From: Leptogorgia sarmentosa
Taxonomy: Eukaryota
Direction of reading: 5' to 3'
Assembly (NCBI GenBank): GCA_964658305.1
Contig: OZ210885.1
Span: 22,320,001-22,384,000 of the forward strand
Length of the DNA stretch: 64,000 nucleotides
The notes beneath the pieces were generated by a model. It had not been told where the DNA came from. It saw nothing but the letters and a program-made list of their open reading frames with translations, and searched no databases. Below are positions 48,650 through 57,783 of the stretch, in pieces. Position 1 is the first letter of the stretch, and every line of letters starts with the position of its first letter. Position numbers and translations under genes: made by a program.

Positions 48650-48895
48650 ATGTGTTCCTGCGACGGAATATGTTTTGTTGTTACCAATACAACATCGGGA
48701 TGCAATCATTTTGTGAAGGGAGATGATGATTTACTTAGTTTCTTCGAAAATTTCTACCACATCCGTTACTTATTTCAACGTATGATACGCAGGGAGGAAG
48801 TTTATCTTAGACGCGAATTCTATATAATAACATTTAATTCTCATCCTGAATGTCTAAAATCTTTAATAACCTCAGGAATAACCTCGGGAAAATAA
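48650..48895 (+). CDS. Small Polinton protein, paralog of 39774-40090
   Basis: Shared MCxCD..HFVxGDDD..FFE.FY.I..LF.RMI.RE motif. Confidence 0.6.
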   Translation: MCSCDGICFVVTNTTSGCNHFVKGDDDLLSFFENFYHIRYLFQRMIRREEVYLRREFYIITFNSHPECLKSLITSGITSGK

Positions 48896-48904
48896 CCGGA
48901 GGAA

Positions 48905-49576
48905 ATGTGTTATAAAAAGAAGAGCACTAAAAAACAAAATCATACCGCGACAATAGAATGCTTACACAAACTACCTGCTGGTACCTCTGAAACTGAAAAC
49001 GGAAGATTCTGGTTCTGTGATCGGAAACCAAGTTGTCATTTCATATGCTCCGAAGACGAAGGATACATTTACGGAATCACTATGGACAAGTATCACGAAA
49101 CAGATCAACTGCAACCTGTGTGCTGTGACAACAACCTAGCAAAACTCCACGTCGTTAAAGACATGATAAAAGACAACTACGGACATCCCTTCTTTGTGTG
49201 CTCAAAAGACACAAACAAATGCAAATACTTCGAATGGGCTGATGAAATCATACTTTCAAGACCACGTTGCTATCATAACGAAGTATCCAGAAGACAAAAG
49301 GTGAAAAAAAGCGGGCCTAACGGAGGAAAAATATTCTTTTGCTGTCCCCGAAAGCAAGACGAAGGTCAATGCAAATTTTTCCAATGGGCAGAGGAAAACA
49401 CACCCCCCACAGAGGAAGAAGATAAGGAAAACACACCCCCCAACCGAAAGAAACAGGATTTAAAAAAGATTTTTGGCCCACCCCAAAGCAAGAAGGAAAC
49501 AGAAAAGAGAATCTTGAAATCTTTTCTTGATGAAAAGAAACCGTGTCCATTCCTGTTTTACACAAAAAATTACTAA
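48905..49576 (+). CDS. Triple GRF-type zinc finger protein
   Basis: Three C..NG(R/H/K)xF(W/F)xC..C.(F/Y)F.W-like units, then an acidic/basic tail. Confidence 0.78.
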   Translation: MCYKKKSTKKQNHTATIECLHKLPAGTSETENGRFWFCDRKPSCHFICSEDEGYIYGITMDKYHETDQLQPVCCDNNLAKLHVVKDMIKDNYGHPFFVCSKDTNKCKYFEWADEIILSRPRCYHNEVSRRQKVKKSGPNGGKIFFCCPRKQDEGQCKFFQWAEENTPPTEEEDKENTPPNRKKQDLKKIFGPPQSKKETEKRILKSFLDEKKPCPFLFYTKNY

Positions 49577-49836
49577 CTTTGCGCTTAATGGACAACGTTA
49601 GAGTATTTATTGACATCAGCTTTGTAGGAAACGAACACGTTTTGACGTAAGGGTTATAATATTTATAATATTTGTAAAAAAGTGAATAAAACTTATTAAA
49701 ACACTCAAAACTTAATTTTCTGATGTGTGCATGCGTAGTATTCTTGCACTGTAACAACAACAACAACAGCACATTACATCATCAACCTTTTAATATAAAA
49801 ATCCAATTAAAAAATCGGTAAAAACATTTTCTAAAA

Positions 49837-50480
49837 TTAAACATATTGACTAAAATCCATCTCTTTGATTGCATCAACGTCTTCTTCAAAACACTCCCAG
49901 TCGAATACTTCGACTCCGTAATCAAACTCGGTTATAACTTTTTTCACTTCCATAAATCTATCGATGGGGGGCTCTGGCTCTGTTTTAGGTATACATGGTT
50001 CCGGACTACTTAGTCCGGAATCCTCATTCTCATCCATTTCAATGGGTTGTGGTTCAGGTGTAAGTGGTTCTGTTTTAACAAGTACCGGTGCTGTTATCGG
50101 TGGTGGTGTTATCGATGGCAGCGTTATCAGTGGCAGGGGAAGTGGTGTAGTTACCAGCGGCGGCTGCGGTGTTGTTGTCGGAGGTATTGGCTCTTCTGTA
50201 AAGTCTGTAAAATTACAGTACAAAAAATAAGTTTTGTACAAAAAACATAATACCTACCTTTTCCACATCTGCGGAAACACTAGAAGTCGGCCGATGTCGT
50301 TAAGTTTTTTGTTCGGGGATTCCTATCCCGTAGTTTTTCAAAAAACGCAGTAAATTCAGTAAAAATCTTGGGGTGTTTTAACTGTAGCCAGGGGTGCATC
50401 ACTTGGTGGACCCTTCGCTCGTTGCGTAGCTTTCCTCTTCGAGCACGTTCATATATTGATTTTTCGTTCTCACTTGCCAT
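49837..50480 (-). pseudogene. Spliced Polinton hypothetical protein (basic N-terminus, Pro/Thr-rich and acidic C-terminus)
   Basis: ORF 50280-50480, GTAGGT donor near 50257, pyrimidine-rich ..TTACAG acceptor near 50205, and ORF 49837-50241. Confidence 0.5.
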
Positions 50481-50652
50481 TTTCTTTCGATCGCTTGCTA
50501 AAAAAGACAAAAACAAGATTGTTTTTCACACTTATATGTTCGCAATTCTGTGTTTCTATTGGTGAATAGTTATCCGTTAATTATTCGGAACGTTTTCTTT
50601 TGATCCGATAATTATTCAGAACGTTTTAAAATCCCTAGGAAAAACAAAACCC

Positions 50653-51220
50653 ATGGAAAAAACACAGGAAAAATGTCTATTTAAAGAACAAATTACGTGC
50701 ATTAAACATAACAACATTATGCAAATGGAAGAATCAAACGATACCCCTCTCGAGTACAAGTGTTTTACTTTGGAAGAAGTGTTCCAGAGATGGCAAAGTC
50801 AACCCGAAAGCGAAGAACAGTGGGCCGAAATGACTCAGGAAATGCAGCAAGCATTAACAAACGAACAAGGACCTGAAATACCCTCGGAAATATGGAAAAG
50901 CAACCCCTCGCCCGAAGAACTAGCGCTTGAATACAATCGCTGGTGCGATACATTGCAAAAACAATGCGGTAAATTCCGCTATTTTGCCACGAAATGGCCA
51001 GCCATAACGCAAACAACACCATCGCAGAAGATACAGGTGAACAGAGTAAAGCTAACGAAGCAAACACGATCCCGGAACCAAATTACATCCCTGATGACAG
51101 TGAACAGCAAAATGAAGCCGGATTATTCCCATGAATATTGAGCATTGAATTGGATGAAGATAGCACCGAAATAGATGATATTCATGGATTTGTATCGACC
51201 ACTGAAAAACTCTTGGTATA
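50653..51220 (+). pseudogene. Polinton acidic hypothetical protein
   Basis: Glu/Gln-rich ORF next to the right TIR with an apparent late frameshift. Confidence 0.4.
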
Positions 51221-51291
51221 AAAAATGTTTTAAAAACTCATGTAAATAAAAACCACTTTTTATGAAAAATATGTTTCATTATAAATAAATA

Positions 51292-51357
51292 CCTGGGGTA
51301 GCTCAATTGGATAGAGTGTCGGATTGTGGCTCCGAAGTTCAAATCCTCTCTCTGGGA
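51292..51357 (+). pseudogene. Degenerate tRNA-like gene (anticodon GTG) in the right Polinton TIR
   Basis: CCTGGGG TA GCTC AATTGGATA GAGT G TCGGA TTGTGGC TCCGA AG TTCAAAT CCTCT CTCTGGG A, then TTTTTT; variable loop and 5' T-stem deleted. Confidence 0.6.
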
Positions 51358-51980
51358 TAGTTTTTTCTCCATCGCCTGCCACACCTGACACAAAAAAGAG
51401 GGTGTGGGATCCGTAAAAAATAGGGGGTAGGGAAATACATCATAAAGGGGGAAAAATACACGCAAAAAATATCCACGCAAAGTCCACGCGACATCACACA
51501 AGATCCACGCAAAAAATATCCACGCAATATCCACGTGACGCTATATTCTCCACACAATATCCACGCACCAACACCCGATTGACGCTATAAGATCAGTATA
51601 GTACTACTAATAATTATGAATACAATATATTTTTTCTCTCAACGTAGATAACAAAGGAATTATTGGCATACCAATAAGGATTTTATTGCTTCCTGCCCTC
51701 AAGGGATATAAATTAGTTAATTAAGTATAGATAATTGAATAGTCAACATATTTTAGTGGATTATTTTAAGTGGTAGATCACGTGCTTGTAATGGCGGGAA
51801 AACAGAGAGGAGTGGCTTTATACATCAGGCAGAATTCACATTGGGCTCATTCTGCTTTTGGCTTTGGCTGCGCAAGGTTCGCTAATCAACTCGTTTCTGT
51901 TCTGCTTTTTCAATTGAATTTTATCAAGTCATTCCTGACAAGGTACTTCAATTTTCTGTCATTATATTGCTCATAATATA

Positions 51981-52571
51981 ATGTCAATGTGTGTACCGAA
52001 TATTCTGATATTGGGTCATTCGTTTGTGCGTCGTCTTAAGGACGATTTAAACGCGCGCTTTGATCCGCGTGCTGCCCCAAACTTTCACATACCTGAATCG
52101 GGGCATGTTTCTTTGTATGGTACGGGTGGTCGTACCGTCGACAAACTAATTAAGTACGATCTTTCTTGGGTTTCTAAGTATAAGCCAGATATTGTTATAC
52201 TCGAAGTAGGAACCAATGATCTTTCTACTCTACGCCCTGAGGTAGTGGGGTCTAAAATTGACAACCTTGCGCAAGTTCTTCGCGATCAATATAAGGTTCG
52301 CGTTGTTGGGGTGTGTCAAGTCATAAACCGTAACACTCCACAAACTCGAGCACCCGATGGTGATTTTAATGCCAAAGCCGCAATTTTGCGACAATATCTA
52401 TCGGTTGTCCTTGCTGACCAGTGTGGTTTTTTCTTGTGGGATCACAAGGAATTTTATCGCTCCGATCGCTCCCTATTATCTTTAGACGGCGTGCACTGTA
52501 ACGCCCAGGAACAATATTGTTTGTACCGGAGCTATCGGGGGGCTATTTTAAAAGCCCTAGCTATGTTGTAG
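51981..52571 (+). CDS. SGNH/GDSL hydrolase-like protein (retroelement-associated)
   Basis: ILGHSFV, GTGG, EVGTNDL and DGVH match SGNH blocks I, II, III and V. Confidence 0.85.
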   Translation: MSMCVPNILILGHSFVRRLKDDLNARFDPRAAPNFHIPESGHVSLYGTGGRTVDKLIKYDLSWVSKYKPDIVILEVGTNDLSTLRPEVVGSKIDNLAQVLRDQYKVRVVGVCQVINRNTPQTRAPDGDFNAKAAILRQYLSVVLADQCGFFLWDHKEFYRSDRSLLSLDGVHCNAQEQYCLYRSYRGAILKALAML

Positions 52572-53127
52572 TTTTTTCATAAGACTCGCCCTATTCCTTT
52601 GAATGTGTGCTTCGTCACGTTCTTTGTGGTACTTATTGTATTGTATTATCGGCTTTACGCCTGTGCGCTAATTTATATGTGCCACGTTTTATTTCATATG
52701 GGCTAGATCAACATGACTGTTTTCAGATGCCCACGTTGCGACATCAACATTGGGTTTTTTCGTAACAGTCAGGACATTCATGAATGGCGCTGGTTATCTA
52801 TAATTTTATCAGTCACCTATTCGTACTTAGTATATATGACCGGCTGTCCCTGTATGCGCAAAAATCCAAGTGGGATAGAGCAACTTATTGTTCAGATGCC
52901 CACAGTTCATGTCAATATATTGTGGGATAGTGCAGCATGTTGTTTTCAGATTGCCCTTACATTACTTTTTACAGCGTGACTGTGAATAATCATTTGCGGC
53001 TACCTTCGTTGTAAGCCAAGATTATTCTGCTGCTGTTTCACATCTGACACATTTTGTTGGTGTCAATTATCATTAAATTCTATAATCCTGGCAGGTATTT
53101 CCCGCCAAATTCCTTTATTATAATTAT

Positions 53128-54348
53128 GTGCAATGTGTTCTTACATACCACCTCTGCCATAATTTTCCATCTTCTGGCCTACAGTGCCACTTTTCCCTGC
53201 CTTGTGTACGTTTTTCTTTCAGTATGCCTGCTACTCGCCCCAGCACAAGCGTTCAGCGACGAGCACAACCAACGACCGCACGTTGTCCATCTTCTCAGCG
53301 CAGAAACCCACCGGTTGTACCGACCGAATCCGCTGAGCCAGCAGCTCCTTTGGCTCCCTTGGCTCCTCACACAGCAACAGAAGCGCCAAGTCCTTCAACG
53401 GCCATCAACGACGACATGCTCCAACGTATTGCCTCTGCCGTTTCCCAAGCTGTCGTGGTGTCAATCCATGGCGTTGGGTCCCTTCATCCCCCACCAAGAT
53501 CTGAAGCAACGACCGCGACGGAGTTGAGGGAAGTACCTGTAGTAGAGTCAGGTAGTAATATTGTTGTACCTACGCCAGTTGCTTCGGCTCTCGACAATGT
53601 TACGGGCGAGACTAATTTTATTGAAGTCTCTCCACCACAACCAGCCTTGCCCACCTTTCACTCAGTCGATGTACCAATTGACGCTAGCATGAACCCAAAA
53701 ATTAAGGCAAAAATCTGGGCTCACGAATTTATTGATTTTGGCATTTTGCTAAACTCTGGGGCAGGTGATACTCGTTATCATTTGTCCGTTAACTCACCCC
53801 ACGGTTCATCGTTGCCGACGTTATCGATTGAACCGTCTCATAAGCCCAAAGCCATCCCTCATATTGGGGCATGGACTTCGGCTTTTCAGATTTTCGTTGC
53901 TGTTTACACATCGAAATTTCCCCTGGATGCACCGGCGTTGATGAAGTACAGTGAAGTTGTGCGTGATTTGGCAACACGCGGGGCGGATTGGCGTTTTTAT
54001 GACACGCAATTCCGTATGTTGCGCCACTCTAACCCGGCTGATTTCCCTTGGGGGTCCACACATTGGGAACTCTGGATTCGCGCGCAGAACTTTAACACTG
54101 CGCGTTTTTCTAAGGCTCAAGCACCGGTGCGCAACAATGTGTCTCCTGCCGGACCCTTGGTTCCCAAAGGTTTTTGTCGGAAATTTCACCGAGGGAATGA
54201 CTGCTCGGGTTGTAATTTTAAACACCAATGTTACAAGTGTGGTGTCCTTCACCCCGCATTACGGTGTAATTTTCGTCCCCAACAGTCCACCACTCATGCC
54301 GCCCCCGCTGCTGCCAAATCACGCTCTACCAACCCCAGTTCAAATTGA
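53128..54348 (+). CDS. gag: Ngaro/DIRS-like Gag with C-terminal Cys/His fingers
   Basis: KIWAHEFIDF..WTSAFQIF..WRFYDTQFR..CRKFHRGNDC..CNFKHQCYKCG..HP..C; likely start ATG 53224. Confidence 0.82.
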   Translation: MQCVLTYHLCHNFPSSGLQCHFSLPCVRFSFSMPATRPSTSVQRRAQPTTARCPSSQRRNPPVVPTESAEPAAPLAPLAPHTATEAPSPSTAINDDMLQRIASAVSQAVVVSIHGVGSLHPPPRSEATTATELREVPVVESGSNIVVPTPVASALDNVTGETNFIEVSPPQPALPTFHSVDVPIDASMNPKIKAKIWAHEFIDFGILLNSGAGDTRYHLSVNSPHGSSLPTLSIEPSHKPKAIPHIGAWTSAFQIFVAVYTSKFPLDAPALMKYSEVVRDLATRGADWRFYDTQFRMLRHSNPADFPWGSTHWELWIRAQNFNTARFSKAQAPVRNNVSPAGPLVPKGFCRKFHRGNDCSGCNFKHQCYKCGVLHPALRCNFRPQQSTTHAAPAAAKSRSTNPSSN

Positions 54349-54972
54349 TCGATTGCACACATTATTATGTAGATATGATGCGGCTTTGACCTCTGTTTTG
54401 TCTTCTGGTTTTCAATTTGGTTTTCTATGGAGTTAGGCAGGGGACAAAATTCGTTTTAGTTATCGTAGGGCTAGTTAACTATTCGTCGAGTTGGAGGTTA
54501 TGTCAACGTGTCGCTGTTTCTAAATTGCACGCACAGTTCAGTTCGTCGCATCGCATTTTAGTTTTCGTCGCTTTGTTCATTATTCTTCGTCGTTTCCCGT
54601 TTCACATCATCGCGTCGGTCTTCTTTTATTCGAGTACAGCGGTTTCATTTCTTTGCGTTGAACATTACGGTTTGTATGATCAGCGGGTAATGCAACTAAT
54701 TTATTATTATAATTTCACATAATTTGCATAATTGGAATTAATTACTACTCTCATTGTTTAACTCGCAAAATGGCGGAAAATCCTATTAGCCATGTGGTTT
54801 CTGTTTTAAAAGGGGCTATTGAGCAAATAGAACGTCGTACATGTAATCTTCCACAGCCAAGTCCTAATTCGGTACAAAATCTACAACACTTTTTTTATTA
54901 TGAAACAGTGAATTATTAATGTTAACTCTACGCAGGCAGACAACTCTATAAACGTGAAATATATGCAAATTA

Positions 54973-56495
54973 ATGGCGTCTGTGTCCCCACTTGTACATT
55001 TATCTCCTGGTGAAAACTTAATACAATTTGTTTGCAGCAGCCTTATTACGATTGTTCGACTTTTGGAAGGAGTATCCTTGAACAACGATGAAAATCAACT
55101 AGATTGTGCTTTGTTTAAACTAGAGCAAATAATTCAAATTGGATTATGTAGTGAGGAGGAAGGTTGTGGCATCAAGTACTCCCAGAAGGTCTGCTGGAGA
55201 CCCTTATTAATCTATTTAATACATTGATGAATATATCTTTTGCACCAGGCCCAGAAATAATGTCACCTAAGCCATTGGCAGTGCAAGATGGCTCAGGACC
55301 TGGTAGGCCAGCCTTTGATATACCTAAGGAAACATTGAAACTTTATCTGAATTATGGATTTACTAATGTAATGATTGCTGAGATGTTAGGAGTAAGTGCA
55401 AAGACAGTCAGTCGTAGGCTGAAGGAATTTGCATTAAGAGAGGAAATCCCAAAATATACTGACATCACTAATGAGGATCTTGACAAAATTGTTTCTGAAA
55501 TTTATAATGATTTTCCCAACTGTGGAATAAGGCGAATGAAAGGGTTTCTATGTGCTAGGGGTATACATCTGCAGTGGGAACGTGTGCGATCTGCATTATG
55601 GAGAATTGATCCTAATGGAATTTTATTGAGATCAATACAACTGAATTTAATCCATCGACGGCAGTATCATGTGCCTGGCCCACTTTCCCTATGGCATTTA
55701 GACGGGAACCATAAACTTATACGGTGGGGATTTGTCATCCATGGGTGTATTGATGGCTACTCAAGAAGAATAATGTTTATTAAGGCTAGTACTAATAATA
55801 AAGCTACTACTGTTCACCACCATTTTGTTGAGGCTGTTTCCACTTTCGGTCTACCACAGCGAGTAAGGGGAGATCAGGGAGTTGAAAATGTGGATGTGGC
55901 CTGGTACATGTTTACCCATCCTGAAAGAGGCCCAGACCGGGGTAGCTTTATTGCCGGGAAAAGCTGTCATAACCAGCGTATAGAGCGCCTCTGGAGAGAC
56001 GTCTTCCATGGATGTACATTCATCTTTCATTATGTGTTTTGGTTCTTGGAAGAAAATGGCTATTTAGAAATTGACAATCAGATCCACATGTTTTGTTTGC
56101 ATTTTGTTTTCCTTCCGAGAGTCAATCGACTCCTTGAATTATTTAGAAATGGACATGATAATCAACCAATTAGAACTGCATCAAATATGACCCCAATGCA
56201 GTTATGGGTGTATGGCTTGAGTCAGCTTCCAAGTAATTTTCAACCTCAACCACAAGAAAATTTTTTCATGCATGGTATTGATTTTGATGGCCCTAGGCCG
56301 TCTCAAATGTATGGTGGTGATACATGGAATGAGATTTCTGTTGACGTTCCACCAATTAATTGCCCTTTAAATGACGAACAACTCAATTACCTGAACTTAC
56401 ATGTGAGTACATTGGCAGAGTCATCTTCATATGGGATAGATACTTATTTAAATGTTTTGCAAGTGGTTCAAAATCTTGTTGGATCAGCTTTGTAA
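54973..56495 (+). CDS. IS3EU-type integrase-like DDE transposase (frameshift ~55163)
   Basis: [43 protein letters not shown] and [12 protein letters not shown]. Confidence 0.9.
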
Positions 56496-56676
56496 TTGCC
56501 ATTGAAATTAGACAGCTGTCAAATGTATGTATTCGAGTGTCAATTGACAGGACACAAATGGCCATTACTATGATTGCTTCTACAATGATATATATTCAAT
56601 TTAAATCTAACCGGTTTATTATGTCTGGGTTTCTTTAATTAGAAATCTAGTCAGTTCATATTGTGATATACTTATA

Positions 56677-57178
56677 GTCAGGGCGCTATCTAGAGGTACA
56701 GAAATACATGTTTACTTACCATGCATGTTGAGGGGCAATTTCATTTTAGTGTAGCTTTAGGCCTAATAAATGTATTTCTGTATGTCAAGCGGATTCAAAT
56801 TTCTTGTGGGCTGCTACCAACACGTTTTTCTTCAATTTTCCCATAAAATTCGATTTTTGTCAAAAAAGGTGAAATTTCAGGTTGCTTTATAGGAAAAATC
56901 ACTTGTGTCATCATTTTATAGAGTTTTGAGCATCTGAAAATCTATTTTCAGACTAGTGCCAAGGGAATTTTGCACCATTTTAGGATATTTTCTCATTTCA
57001 AAGCAGCATGACTCGGAAACTGCTTGAAAACGAGGATAACCGTAACGAATCGTCTTATATTTTGTTTTTTATAAGCTTTCTGATGACACAAGTGATTTTT
57101 TCTATAAAGCAACCTGAAATTTCACCTTTTTTGACAGCTTCTCAACATGGTAAATAAAATTACCTGTAGCTCCCTGAC
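56677..57178. mobile_element. Foldback MITE
   Basis: ta|gtcaggg(c/a)gcta inverted ends plus an internal ~55-bp inverted repeat (56858-56913 / 57081-57136). Confidence 0.7.
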
Positions 57179-57783
57179 TATTAAAGTAAAGCATATATTT
57201 AAAAAAAAGAATGCCATCGATTTGCTATTTCAAAGCAGTCTGAACAGTCTGTAATAAAAGTCTAGAGACAAAGATTAACTTGAACTCAACAAACTGACCA
57301 TAACATATATACATAATATTATGCATAAAAACAATGTTAACCAGAGCCTTCCAACACACTGTAAAAGGGTACTGAATGGGTAAATGGTTGTTGATTACCT
57401 CTTTAGACAATGAGAACTTTGATTTTCAAATATAGGCCAAATCACATACAGTAATTAAACATATTTAAAACCGATGAATATTTTCACAGAGTAAAATGCT
57501 TAAATATTTTACATGCCAAAACAGCAACTTACAAAGATTAAGTGCATTTTATACCAGTCAGAAAATTTTCATTATGGATCACAAAACAAGTATAATCAGA
57601 CAACCCTTCAGCACCCTTACTTAAGCTAAGAATCAAATTTTGAACATTTAACATACTGTATATTTTTCTTTATAGTGCTAGCTTGATAATGTTGATGTTT
57701 TCAGAACATTTTCTGTTTTCACTCAAGTATCTACCAAATTGATGGAAATACCTAGTTGGATTTGGAACCAAATGTAAGCTTCT

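Larger units (their letters stand above)
21823..51608. mobile_element. Maverick/Polinton (polintovirus/adintovirus-like) endogenous virus, ~29.8 kb including nested insertions
   Basis: AGTAGT..ACTACT ends with the first 44 nt perfectly inverted and ~370-bp imperfect TIRs; 6-bp TSD aataat (21817-21822, 51609-51614); INT, mCP, MCP, PRO, ATPase and pPolB present. Confidence 0.97.

Noticed and set aside
54417..54722. Identical ORFs at 54417-54722 (+) and 61501-61833 (-)
   Set aside because: By-product of the 462-bp TIR; both ORFs begin outside the element and have no protein motif.
55164..56495. Bacterial IS3/IS481 or contamination
   Set aside because: The partner gene is spliced, a paralog has an intron, and the context is entirely eukaryotic TEs.
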